A stretch of DNA of 35,182 nt, filler included, from an uncultured virus (IMG/VR IMGVR_UViG_2049941000_000112) (14 parts of one record of this genome joined end to end with filler, not necessarily neighbours in it), one strand, 5' to 3'. Counted from the whole stretch's first letter, positions 9,816-19,748 are shown. A program made the numbers and translations. The notes: generated by a model from the letters alone, not told the origin.

Positions 9816-10781
9816 TCACACATTATAAATTGAAACCACANNNNNNNNNNCCCTTACATCACCATCGGTATTGGGATAGTCCATGGTCACTTCCACTTTC
9901 CTGCCCCAATCGCCATTATAATTGATATTCTTCGCCTCTAAAGGAACGGCAGATAACCCATATATCCTCGTGCCGTCTGCCGTAACACTAATGTTCAGAT
10001 GTTCTTTAGTGTAGCCATCACCATAGCCTATACGAAACAAGCGACCTTCTGCCGCCACCCCCAACTCGAGATGCTCCGTACCCCTGGTACCGATACCCTC
10101 GGTATAGGAAAACAGTTCGTACAGTTTGTTATCATCCGTCAGAATCTGCAACCCGACACGATAGTCCCAGGTATTGAATGCCTTAATCTCTGCAATGGTC
10201 AATTCTGACAGCCCTGCAAAGGTGATCCTCTCCGCATCGTACCATTCGCCCCCGATGTACTGTCGGTAATATAACTGTCCTGCCATGACGAAAAATACTG
10301 TTAGCCCCAAGTCCCAATTGCCATAATCACCGGACGGTGCCCTTACAGCTGAAACATCCGTCACGTTCGAAACAGCCAACTCATGAACATACTCGCCAAG
10401 CGGAGTGCATAATTTCGCTTTGAGAGCCCCGTCTTGCACCCAGAATACCCACGGAACTTCTTCCGTAACAAACTCCCACTGCCCTCTCGCATTGTGCTTT
10501 GCTACGGAATTAAACGCTATAGAACACGCACTCGCATCAGCTGTGAACCAATAATTGTTCCACTCGGACTTGCTCAATATCTCCGTGTTCTTCGCCCACT
10601 TGATATGCAGAATCCCATTGCGGACATACGCCGCCCAGATATCCTCGTCCTCATGGTTAAAGTACGGATGGCAGACAGCGACATCCGAATCGGTTATGCC
10701 CTCGGCCTTTACAATTCTGGATCGCTCGATCAGTTCCTCGTCCAATANNNNNNNNNNACGCTGTCCACATTCCTCATTCAT
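9816..10781 (-). CDS. minor tail protein (gapped; internal piece probably 12355..12560)
   Basis: Long beta-rich ORF in the tail cluster. Confidence 0.65.
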   Translation of the reverse strand: MNEECGQRXXXXLDEELIERSRIVKAEGITDSDVAVCHPYFNHEDEDIWAAYVRNGILHIKWAKNTEILSKSEWNNYWFTADASACSIAFNSVAKHNARGQWEFVTEEVPWVFWVQDGALKAKLCTPLGEYVHELAVSNVTDVSAVRAPSGDYGNWDLGLTVFFVMAGQLYYRQYIGGEWYDAERITFAGLSELTIAEIKAFNTWDYRVGLQILTDDNKLYELFSYTEGIGTRGTEHLELGVAAEGRLFRIGYGDGYTKEHLNISVTADGTRIYGLSAVPLEAKNINYNGDWGRKVEVTMDYPNTDGDVRXXXXVVSIYNV

Positions 10782-11067
10782 CCACCACCTCTTTCACCAT
10801 AAGTGTAAACCGACCGACACCATGCTCGTCACGCCATTCTTTCCAGGTAACATCCTTTTCGATATACCCTTTTATATTCTTGCCTTTCCACCCCGTGACG
10901 ATAAGCAGAGCACACTCATTTGATGCCTCGTCAACGGCATCCCTCAACTCCTTTGTGGAGCAATATACAGATACCGTCCTCTTATCGATGGCCGTTCCCG
11001 TGGTCTGCACATACGGAGTGCCATCAAGAGCTATATTTGAGATCTTCTGTGAAGTGTATTTCTTAAC
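10774..11067 (-). CDS. distal-tail-like protein (fragment)
   Basis: ALDGTPYVQTTG motif; immediately after the tape measure gene. Confidence 0.5.
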   Translation of the reverse strand, partial: VKKYTSQKISNIALDGTPYVQTTGTAIDKRTVSVYCSTKELRDAVDEASNECALLIVTGWKGKNIKGYIEKDVTWKEWRDEHGVGRFTLMVKEVVDE

Positions 11068-11097
11068 NNNNNNNNNNGTAAATGTCCTGGAATACGC

Positions 11098-12274
11098 CGG
11101 ATACCTTATCCCAAACCCATCCCATGATCTTCGTGCAGACTTCCCATACGCCATTAAAGAAGTCCTTGATAGCCTGTAAAGGCTTTCCTAACAATTCTGC
11201 GATACCGCCGAATATCGTATCGAATGCTTCACCGACCTTGCCTACAACGCCCAGGATACCATCCTCGCCCAGAGCCGATGCAATGGTGGATACGCCATCC
11301 GATATGCCGCCGAAAATGAAATTAACTAAATCTAACAAGGGTTTCAACAACAGATTGACTACATCCAACACGGGCTTTAATATCGCATTCAATGCCTGCA
11401 GTAAAGGATTGATCATCTGCAGAGCCGACACGATGATCGGCAAGATGGCTTGTGCGAGCATATTGATGGTAGGCATTAAAGTATCGATCAGCTGAAAAAT
11501 GGTCGGCAATAACGCTTCCGCCAAGTCCATGATAAACGGGAGCACCTGCTCCGCAAAATTGAGTATCAACGGCATGATCTTGTCGACCATCTCCATTAAC
11601 CTCGGCATGAACTTGATAAGCCCGTCAGCCAACTTCTTGACCAACGGCATAAGGCTGTTGCCGATACGGGTAATGATAGCCCCGAATGAGTCCTTCAAGT
11701 TTGACAGGGAATCATTCAATGCGGCACCTGCCTTGACATCATCCTCGGACATAACTAAACCAAGATCATGTGCTTCCTGTCTCATCGCCGCAAACTCTTC
11801 TGCGGATGCATTGAGCATGGGAGTCAGACTATATGCTACGTTATCGCCAAACAGTTCTGCGGCCTTTGCCGCCCTTTCTTCGGCGGTTTGGAACGAGAAT
11901 ATCTCACTCATAGCCTGGTCAAGCGACATACTCCCGTCAAGGCTCTTTGCGGCCTTTTCAAGGGAACCCATCTCAACACCGGACAGCCCTGCCGCATGGG
12001 CTAACTCCTGGTAACTGTCCGTGCTGATCTGCATTCGCTGTGATGCCTTATCTATAACATCCATAGCAGATGAGGATGAGGATGCCATCTTCATAATCCC
12101 TGCACCTGCCGCTACCGCCACACCGGATACCGCACCTACAACCTTCGTTGCCGTGCCAAGTCCCTTTTTTAATTTATCGCCAAACCCCGATGCTTCATCT
12201 GCCGCCTCGTCAAGTCCGGCATCATAATCTCTTTTATTTAAGGTGAGCACCGCCACCAGATCAAACAAATTCAT
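11098..12274 (-). CDS. tail tape measure protein (C-terminally truncated)
   Basis: MNLFDLVAVLTLN..., IDKASQRMQISTDSYQEL, long amphipathic LxP repeats. Confidence 0.92.
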
Positions 12275-12344
12275 TACTTCACCACCAATCCTGCCTTGGC
12301 TATTACCTCGGCCACTATCTCGTCACCCGTCTTCTGTGGTGCCT
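12274..12344 (-). CDS. tail assembly chaperone C-terminus
   Basis: KTGDEIVAEVIAKAGLVVK*, ending at the tape measure start. Confidence 0.55.
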
Positions 12345-13509
12345 NNNNNNNNNNTAACGGTGACACCAGGTTCGTAGGTGTAAATGTGATACTGAATGAG
12401 TCCGTCAGCACTACAGGTGACATTAATGTACCCTTGGTATATATCACCGTCAGACTTGATGCAGAGTATGCCATGTTGAAATTGACAAACGTTAACCGGA
12501 TAATATTGCCATCACACTCAACACTCTCACAGGCATACACATTGCCATTGGAATCACGGATAAGTGCCGGATTTAAGTGTANNNNNNNNNNNNNNNNNNN
12601 NNNNNNNNNNNNNNNNNNNNNNNNNNNNNNNNNNNNNNNNNNNNNNNNNNNNNNNNNNNNNNNNNNNNNNNNNNNNNNNNNNNNNNNNNNNNNNNNNNNN
12701 NNNNNNNNNNNNNNNNNNNNNNNNNNNNNNNNNNNNNNNNNNNNNNNNNNNNNNNNNNNNNNNNNNNNNNNNNNNNNNNNNNNNNNNNNNNNNNNNNNNN
12801 NNNNNNNNNNNNNNNNNNNNNNNNNNNNNNNNNNNNNNNNNNNNNNNNNNNNNNNNNNNNNNNNNNNNNNNNNNNNNNNNNNNNNNNNNNNNNNNNNNNN
12901 NNNNNNNNNNNNNNNNNNNNNNNNNNNNNNNNNNNNNNNNNNNNNNNNNNNNNNNNNNNNNNNNNNNNNNNNNNNNNNNNNNNNNNNNNNNNNNNNNNNN
13001 NNNNNNNNNNNNNNNNNNNNNNNNNNNNNNNNNNNNNNNNNNNNNNNNNNNNNNNNNNNNNNNNNNNNNNNNNNNNNNNNNNNNNNNNNNNNNNNNNNNN
13101 NNNNNNNNNNNNNNNNNNNNNNNNNNNNNNNNNNNNNNNNNNNNNNNNNNNNNNNNNNNNNNNNNNNNNNNNNNNNNNNNNNNNNNNNNNNNNNNNNNNN
13201 NNNNNNNNNNNNNNNNNNNNNNNNNNNNNNNNNNNNNNNNNNNNNNNNNNNNNNNNNNNNNNNNNNNNNNNNNNNNNNNNNNNNNNNNNNNNNNNNNNNN
13301 NNNNNNNNNNNNNNNNNNNNNNNNNNNNNNNNNNNNNNNNNNNNNNNNNNNNNNNNNNNNNNNNNNNNNNNNNNNNNNNNNNNNNNNNNNNNNNNNNNNN
13401 NNNNNNNNNNNNNNNNNNNNNNNNNNNNNNNNNNNNNNNNNNNNNNNNNNNNNNNNNNNNNNNNNNNNNNNNNNNNNNNNNNNNNNNNNNNNNNNNNNNN
13501 NNNNNNNNN

Positions 13510-13617
13510 TCATATCTTGGAAATGTCTTTATCTGTAGCGATCTGTATCACAGGGTCAAGAATGCTCGCCAATACTTCAACGGCATCCTCGTTTTTGATT
13601 TCGGATAATTTTCTCAT
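13510..13617 (-). CDS. tail assembly chaperone N-terminus
   Basis: AAGGAG RBS, MRKLSEIKNEDAVEVLASILDPVIQIATD; follows the major tail gene. Confidence 0.65.
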   Translation of the reverse strand: MRKLSEIKNEDAVEVLASILDPVIQIATDKDISKI

Positions 13618-13637
13618 TATCTAACTCCTTTAGGGTG

Positions 13638-14207
13638 TTATGTGGGCTCTGCTGTCCCTGCCTGCACGAATACCTCATAAGGTACTGTGTTAGGTGTTGC
13701 GATTGACGGATGTGCTGTAAACTCAAATGTCTCCTGTCCCTTGGCCTTATCGCCGGACTGAATCTGGAAACCGCCTGTCGACAATGCATCCATCATGTGG
13801 ATCGCCACAAAGCCACCATTGGTGTCACCATTCTTGTCGGAATAGTCTCCTACCCACCAGATATCAGAAAAATCAGCATCGTCAAGATCTGCCCTGGGGA
13901 TAATATGTGTTTCATCCGTTGCATCGATATCTGCCGCTCCGATAAGCATCTTAACGGATGCCGCAGTAACGGTAAGAAATGTTCCGCTGATCTTAACATC
14001 ACGTTCTGTGAGTTTCTTTAATTCCTTGGTGTTTTTGGGGCAATTGTCAACATCAGCACCAAAATCCTCATAGGTGGGATTGTCACNNNNNNNNNNACCG
14101 ATGATATTGCCGATGGTTCCTGTCGCAGGAGTGAAATCGTCTAAAAGGATACCTGCATTTAACTGCATCTCCTTAAACAGATCGCTTGGTATCTGTGTAA
14201 ATTTCAT
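13638..14207 (-). CDS. major tail (tube) protein
   Basis: MKFTQIP...QLNAGILL...WWVGDYSD...DALSTGGF...EFTAH. Confidence 0.85.
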   Translation of the reverse strand: MKFTQIPSDLFKEMQLNAGILLDDFTPATGTIGNIIGXXXXDNPTYEDFGADVDNCPKNTKELKKLTERDVKISGTFLTVTAASVKMLIGAADIDATDETHIIPRADLDDADFSDIWWVGDYSDKNGDTNGGFVAIHMMDALSTGGFQIQSGDKAKGQETFEFTAHPSIATPNTVPYEVFVQAGTAEPT

Positions 14208-14217
14208 TTCGTGCCTC

Positions 14218-14577
14218 CTAATCTATAAACTCGATTGAAAACTGTAACAATATACGCCGAATCATGTCATCCGGATCACCCATACGCTGTGCCCAGGGAT
14301 TGCCCTTAACAAGCCAGAACCCACCACCATCGTAGGGTACATTGATTCCCCCACGGCCTATCTTCTCGGATATGTGTTTCTCCATGGCTGTTATGTTAGT
14401 CCATGACTTGTTGCGATACCACAAGGATGCGGTCAGCATAACAGGATGATTGAAATCGTCCGATGCGGCCTGGTAGGTGATGTACGGCGGCTCTGCTTCA
14501 TCCGGAACCGTGTTCTCATCATAGGCAGGTATCCCAAACGAGTTCCAGAACCCATTATAAGCCTGCAACTTATCCAT
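14218..14577 (-). CDS. tail completion protein
   Basis: FGIPAYDENTVP...PYITY; position between head closure and tail tube genes. Confidence 0.75.
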   Translation of the reverse strand: MDKLQAYNGFWNSFGIPAYDENTVPDEAEPPYITYQAASDDFNHPVMLTASLWYRNKSWTNITAMEKHISEKIGRGGINVPYDGGGFWLVKGNPWAQRMGDPDDMIRRILLQFSIEFID

Positions 14578-14929
14578 TCGTTCCTCCCATCTTGAACTCC
14601 TCGACAGAGTACTGCCGCATATTAAGCTGTGCGGACGGCGGTGTCTGTCTGTCCTCGGTACCGGATGTCAAACGAAAATACTGTCCGTCACGCTTACGCT
14701 TTAAGACAGTATGGTAACCAAGTTCGACATTCTTTCGTACAGTTAATGTATATACTGACTTCGCACCCATTGCCTGTGCTATCTTCATTTCTGTGGAATT
14801 GTCAAAAGGCATCGCTCCCAGGATCGTAACACCCTCAACGTAGGATGGTATGGTGCTCCCGTACCCGTCCTGCGTATAAGTGACATCCATGACGATGAAC
14901 TCTTCCATGGAATCGGTAAGTAGACTCAT
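14570..14929 (-). CDS. head closure / head-tail adaptor
   Basis: QDGYG...; KRKRDGQYFRLTS; synteny. Confidence 0.7.
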   Translation of the reverse strand: MSLLTDSMEEFIVMDVTYTQDGYGSTIPSYVEGVTILGAMPFDNSTEMKIAQAMGAKSVYTLTVRKNVELGYHTVLKRKRDGQYFRLTSGTEDRQTPPSAQLNMRQYSVEEFKMGGTNG

Positions 14930-15300
14930 ATACGCATCTTCCTCCACTTATTCAGCCTTGCCCCAAACACGGACTTCCATGTCCCTGCAGAATTGCCGCT
15001 TGCCGTCTGTCCCTTGGAATAGGAGTAACCGCCAAATGACTCTGAATTAAACGGTGACATAGCCTCGGAGTCAACACCGCCGTGCTTTGCCTGCCATGCT
15101 TCAATCTCTGCAACCAGGGAGAGGAACTCTGCAGGTACCGCCATAAGGTTGACGGTACCCACAAAAGTCTCGTCCTTCAAGGTCTCATTCCCATCATGGA
15201 GATAAACGCCGTCATTGAATACACTGCCACGAATACGATAATACTGTCCCTGCTGAATTTTGTCAGCAATATCCAACTGTNNNNNNNNNNCGGTCAGCAT
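14926..15300 (-). CDS. head-tail connector protein (gapped)
   Basis: GQYYRIRGSVFNDGVY...SESFGGYSYSK. Confidence 0.75.
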   Translation of the reverse strand: MLTXXXXQLDIADKIQQGQYYRIRGSVFNDGVYLHDGNETLKDETFVGTVNLMAVPAEFLSLVAEIEAWQAKHGGVDSEAMSPFNSESFGGYSYSKGQTASGNSAGTWKSVFGARLNKWRKMRI

Positions 15301-15310
15301 AATATACTCC

Positions 15311-15403
15311 TTATTTCTTGGTGTCTTTCTTGCTTTCAGCCTTCTTGGTCTCCTTCTTGGGAGTAGGCTTACTTGCTGTTGCTTTACTCGTTACGATAAC
15401 CAT
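15311..15403 (-). CDS. small Lys-rich protein (30 aa)
   Basis: AAGGAGGG RBS; MVIVTSKATASKPTPKKETKKAESKKDTKK. Confidence 0.5.
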   Translation of the reverse strand: MVIVTSKATASKPTPKKETKKAESKKDTKK

Positions 15404-15413
15404 GTTGCCCTCC

Positions 15414-15803
15414 TTAATCTAAAGTCAAGCCAGACAGATCGTAGAACTCCATAAGTCTGCCCTTGCCTGCCTTCTCCTGGAATACAACAAGTCTCTGAAC
15501 ATCCTTATTGGTAACCTTGAATACGCCGTTCTGATCGGAATCAAGCGTAACAAGTCCGGAACCTTCTGTAGGTGCCATACCAACCTTGACATTCTCGTAT
15601 GTAAGTCCCGAAGTGAAATTGCTGAACTTCAAGCAGATAAAGTAGCCCTCGCCCCAATCGGTTACAAGCTGACCTTCTGATAAGTACTTAAGGGTACCTG
15701 TTATCTTCTTTCCGGATACGGAAACATCTTCCTGTATGTCTGATACAAGAGTGCCCCATAAGTCCGTGCTACCGTCTTCCGGTGCTACGGTAGCACTAGT
15801 CAT
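15414..15803 (-). CDS. capsid-associated beta-rich domain, probably expressed as a -1 frameshift extension of the capsid protein
   Basis: Overlaps the capsid stop at GGGGGAATGA; no well-spaced RBS; downstream 10-bp hairpin. Confidence 0.65.
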   Translation of the reverse strand: MTSATVAPEDGSTDLWGTLVSDIQEDVSVSGKKITGTLKYLSEGQLVTDWGEGYFICLKFSNFTSGLTYENVKVGMAPTEGSGLVTLDSDQNGVFKVTNKDVQRLVVFQEKAGKGRLMEFYDLSGLTLD

Positions 15804-16564
15804 TCCCCCGAGTTTATGGTGCCTTTCACTACGCCACCTGCGTATTCTACGAGGAACTGAATGCCATCCATAACAAGAGATTCGATCTGTGCTCTCTCTT
15901 CGTTCTGATAACCGGACTTGATACCGATGTATCCTAACTCATCAGCTGTGAGTGAGAAAGCATTTGCTAAATCACCATTCATGGTAAGATAGTACATGAT
16001 GATGCTCTCTTTAGCAGTAGCGATGAATGTACCCTGGGTAATTCTTGATGTGAGGATCACGGTACCTAAACCAAGGAAGTTTTCAATATAATTCATACCG
16101 AATACGGTCTGAACGCTGATGTTTGCCTTGCCAAGGTAATCGGCAACGTCAAGAGGATTAACAAAATAAACTGCTTCTGCGGTATCATCTTCGAATGCTA
16201 CCTGGAGTGCTCCCCATGCATTTGCAAGAGCCGCCTGCAGGCCTGTACCGGAAACAGATGTTGCTCCTGTGATGGTTCCGTTAAGGAATGTGAAAAAGTC
16301 AGATCTAACGCCTGCCTGCACAAGTGATAACAGCTTTGCATCTGTCTCAACAATTGCGGTTTCAGCACCGGACTTCTTGATAGCCTCTGCTGATACGGCC
16401 TTTCTCCACTTCTTGAGTGTGATCTCACCGATAGGTGTCTTGGTCTGTGTGATCTTTGATAACGGGATGATATCGCCCTCGGTAACAGCACCATTGTTTG
16501 CTAATGATCCGGTAATCTTGTAAACATACATTGTGGTGCCTTCCATCATAGGAATCTTCCTGGT
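15800..16564 (-). CDS. major capsid protein (N-terminus MAAL at 18745..18757)
   Basis: GAVTEGDIIPLSK...LKKWRKAVSAEAI...YFVNPLDVADYLG. Confidence 0.9.
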   Translation of the reverse strand, partial: TRKIPMMEGTTMYVYKITGSLANNGAVTEGDIIPLSKITQTKTPIGEITLKKWRKAVSAEAIKKSGAETAIVETDAKLLSLVQAGVRSDFFTFLNGTITGATSVSGTGLQAALANAWGALQVAFEDDTAEAVYFVNPLDVADYLGKANISVQTVFGMNYIENFLGLGTVILTSRITQGTFIATAKESIIMYYLTMNGDLANAFSLTADELGYIGIKSGYQNEERAQIESLVMDGIQFLVEYAGGVVKGTINSGE

Positions 16565-16665
16565 NNNNNNNNNNNNNNNNNNNNNNNNNNNNNNNNNNNN
16601 NNNNNNNNTTAATTAATTAANNNNNNNNNNNNNNNNNNNNNNNNNNNNNNNNNNNNNNNNNNNNT

Positions 16666-16795
16666 TCCTCACCATATGCGTCTCGCATGGTCTCCGCAAT
16701 TTCGTCCTGCTTGGTGATGGAATCGGACTTCGTCTCATAATGCCCCTTCTTCCATTCATCATAGGACATATCCTTGAGGTTCTTGTTGTGCCGCA
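16666..16795 (-). CDS. MuF minor head protein, additional allele fragment
   Basis: RHNKNLKDMSYDEWKKGHYETKSDSITKQDEIAETMRDAYGEE, diverged copy of 17265-17395. Confidence 0.75.
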
Positions 16796-16805
16796 NNNNN
16801 NNNNN

Positions 16806-17510
16806 GTTTAAAACCATAAATGCCGTCCGGTTTGCTGATATCCATTACAACGGAAACAGGATTGCCTTCACCAGAATAGTTATCGACATTTGTGTAAATA
16901 TTCGCAATGTCCTTGGATGTGGCTGTAGCTGTGATCGTGTCAAACTGATACTCCGAACCGGGGTTAAACATCTGACGTACCTCGTCCTCGTCCATTACCA
17001 TGCCTCGGTACAAAGTCTTGTACTCGGTCTTTGTTTCCTCGCCTATCTTCTGGATCATATCAGCCTCGGCTTTAATCTTGGCTCTTTCTTCTACGCTTAA
17101 AGGATTGCCATACATATCCGCTGTAGGAACTTCGCCTGTCCGGATATAATCTGCCATGGCATTCGCCTTCTCATATTCAAACCAATCATCCGATGCCTCT
17201 TGTCGGGTAACCTTAACCTCGGGTAATTCTTCCTGCGGAGTGCTCCGTTTATAGGATGCATATTCCGCACCGTAAACATTCCTCATGGTTTCCGCAATCT
17301 CGTCCTGCTTGGTTATGGAATCGGACTTCGTCTCATAGTGTCCTTTCTTCCACTCATCATAGGACATTCCTTTGAGGTTCTTGTCATGCCGCAGGTCGGT
17401 GTTCGATACATCCCTCTCGAAACCCTTAATGGATGCGATCAAGGTGCAACGGCAATTGTAGATGTTCGCAGGGTCTGCCTTGGGATCACCAGGAAACATG
17501 ATCTCCCCGA
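16806..17510 (-). CDS. MuF C-terminus with ADP-ribosyltransferase-like extension (fragment)
   Basis: FPGDP...NCRC end of MuF, then TLYRG and TITATATSKDIA (R and STS-like ART motifs). Confidence 0.72.
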
Positions 17511-17610
17511 NNNNNNNNNNNNNNNNNNNNNNNNNNNNNNNNNNNNNNNNNNNNTTAATTAATTAANNNNNNNNNNNNNNNNNNNNNNNNNNNNNNNNNN
17601 NNNNNNNNNN

Positions 17611-17973
17611 TGATAAGTCCTTGCCATGGAGTCCGCCACCCGTTACGGCATCACCCATGTCAGAACCTAACTTCCTGTTCGTGGCACCCGTGTCGACATC
17701 TGTTCCACCTGTCCAGTAACCCAACGGATTGATAATCGCATTTGACACCAAACCTGTATCGAGTATCTCGTCTATCTTCGCATTACTCTGACAGATAATC
17801 ATCCGGTTACCGTTAATGATGAACTTACCGTCCGTAGGGAAGTGCTCATATAAGTGCCTTGCGATAGCGGATAGAGTCCTCTGCTCCTCCGTCACCGGAA
17901 CGCCCTTGAATATTCCGTTATCACCGCAACGGATACCGCCCTCCTGGTTGCCTGCCAAATGAACATCCTGCCT
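17611..17973 (-). CDS. metK: SAM synthetase, second allele (fragment)
   Basis: GDNGIF...DTGATNRKLGSD...GGGLHGKDLS. Confidence 0.85.
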
Positions 17974-17983
17974 NNNNNNNNNN

Positions 17984-18163
17984 AGCCCAATGTGTGAAAT
18001 CCTTGCCCTGCAGGTTTGCGTGCCCGACAGCGATACTATGTATATCCTCGACCTCGAGCATATCAATATCAGACCGGACAGATATAACCACCGGATGGTC
18101 ATTCTTGATCCAACGCTGTCCATAACGCCCCAACAGGATGTTCTTGCACCTGGGCTTTGATAC
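17984..18163 (-). CDS. NinB-like protein, second allele (fragment)
   Basis: Near-identical to 29276-29453. Confidence 0.75.
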
Positions 18164-18173
18164 NNNNNNNNNN

Positions 18174-18208
18174 CGTGCGATTATGTATTTCATTTCAGCT
18201 TCAGTCAT
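18174..18208 (-). CDS. putative immunity protein N-terminus (C-terminus probably 19340..19411)
   Basis: GAGGTG RBS, MTEAEMKYIIAR overlapping the stop of the upstream ORF. Confidence 0.5.
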
Positions 18209-18284
18209 CCAGATCACCTCGTTTCTTCAATTCCTCTATGCGGTCATTGATGTTGTTATTAAAATTCCTTATTTCCTTTTCCCA
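18201..18284 (-). CDS. putative toxin domain C-terminus (N-part probably 19520..19648)
   Basis: WEKEIRNFNNNINDRIEELKKRGDLDD*; AT-rich like 19520..19648. Confidence 0.5.
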   Translation of the reverse strand, partial: WEKEIRNFNNNINDRIEELKKRGDLDD

Positions 18285-18302
18285 NNNNNNNNNNATTTTT
18301 CA

Positions 18303-18363
18303 GAAAAAAGCAAAAAAGGACTAACTGTTACCCCTCGTGCGAGATAACGGTTAGTCCTTTGAT
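18303..18363 (-). terminator. long hairpin plus U-tract with GCAC(G) loop
   Basis: AUCAAAGGACUAACCGUUAUCUC-GCAC-GAGGGGUAACAGUUAGUCCUUUUUUGCUUUUUU. Confidence 0.8.
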
Positions 18364-18427
18364 ATCACTTGGACATTTATGCCTTATTCTGTTTATAGAA
18401 CAAGTTTATCACAACAATTTTGGTACG

Positions 18428-18734
18428 TCAACCATTTTTTAAAAAATGCTCCACCATCTCGGAGTATTCGTCCGTGTGGTTATATACAGCAGGCTGTAAG
18501 TAGGGCTGTGCTTTAGATCGTGATGTGCCCATCTCCACATATGCGGCATACTCCACATTGGTACCGATATACGCTTTCAACTCGCCCACATCCACGGCAT
18601 GAGTGATACTGTTCCGCAGGCGGCCTGTGTCCACCGGACAGAGCATCTTCGCATATCCCTCTGCCTGTAAGCCAATAGCCTCAAGAGCACGCTCTATGGC
18701 TTCGGGAGCCGCATTCTTGATAGCCTCGGCATTG
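18428..18734 (-). CDS. HK97 gp10-family protein (start MKIDVSI probably at 19309..19329)
   Basis: CPVDTGRLRNSI...GTNVEYAAYVEMGT...AQPYLQPA. Confidence 0.88.
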
Positions 18735-18769
18735 NNNNNNNNNNCTAATGCCGCCATAATTTTTCTCCT

Positions 18770-19298
18770 TTACTGAATAAATAATTCTTTGTTCTCCAAC
18801 ATGGCTTTCTGACGTTCTACGGTATCTTTGATTGCGAATATCTCTTCTTTGGTTTTCTTACCGCCGCCTGCACCTGCCGGAGGATTAGGTGTCTTCGCAC
18901 CCTCGGTACCCGTGGAAGTAATGAAATCAGCCCACTCTTCCTTGATGGATTCCTTGAGTTTGTCAGCACCTTTGATTTTGCCATCTTTGTCAAGTTCAAC
19001 GCCATCGATGTCGGAAACCTTTAATACTGCGGCAATACGCTTTTCGGAAACACCCACGTCCTTAAGTAAAGCACGGTATGCTTCTTCCTTGACAGCCTTG
19101 GTGGCTTTCTTTTCCGTATCAGCCTTGAATGCATCAAATTCTTNNNNNNNNNNTAAGGGTTCTTGTCTCCATTCTTTTCGACAGACTCCTTAAGTTCGTC
19201 CAATTCCTTCTGGACACCTGTTACCTTTTTCTGTGCGGTCTCGGCCTGGGACTTGTACTTTTCTACTTCGTCCTGTAAGCCTGTGACAGACTCCATGT
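18770..19298 (-). CDS. capsid scaffolding protein (gapped)
   Basis: Coiled coil, then GADKLKESIKEEWADF...IFAIKDTVERQKAMLENKELF; precedes the capsid start. Confidence 0.8.
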
Positions 19299-19339
19299 NN
19301 NNNNNNNNGATACTGACATCAATCTTCATAGGCTACCTC

Positions 19340-19411
19340 CTATGCATAAATCTTATCCAGATCAATGTCAAGCCCAAACTCTTTGAGATCAACACTGTGA
19401 GCCATCAATTC
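19340..19411 (-). CDS. acidic C-terminus of putative immunity protein
   Basis: ELMAHSVDLKEFGLDIDLDKIYA*, directly before the RBS and start MKIDVSI. Confidence 0.5.
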   Translation of the reverse strand, partial: ELMAHSVDLKEFGLDIDLDKIYA

Positions 19412-19519
19412 NNNNNNNNNNNNNNNNNNNNNNNNNNNNNNNNNNNNNNNNNNNNNNNNNNNNNNNNNNNNNNNNNNNNNNNNNNNNNNNNNNNNNNNNN
19501 NNNNNNNNNNNNNNNNNNN

Positions 19520-19648
19520 ATTGGAGATTTTTTCTTTGTGTTCTGCAATGCGTTTTTCGTATTTCCTTATTGCTTTTTTCAGCGAGGTAGACGATTGATT
19601 CTTAATATCTTCCTCTGCGAAAAACTGTAGATTCATCCCAAATGTTCC
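19520..19648 (-). CDS. LQFFA-preceded helical domain, putative alternative MuF toxin
   Basis: GMNLQFFAEEDIKNQSSTSLKKAIRKYEKRIAEHKEKISN; frame open upstream to the gap. Confidence 0.55.
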
Positions 19649-19748
19649 NNNNNNNNNNNNNNNNNNNNNNNNNNNNNNNNNNNNNNNNNNNNTTAATTAA
19701 TTAANNNNNNNNNNNNNNNNNNNNNNNNNNNNNNNNNNNNNNNNNNNN

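Noticed and set aside
11082..12227. Long plus-strand ORFs antisense to tape measure, capsid, MuF and terminase genes
   Set aside because: Shadow ORFs with no RBS or recognisable motifs
12554..13624. ORFs of 280-480 aa spanning long N-runs (also 23449-24451)
   Set aside because: Composed almost entirely of unknown bases
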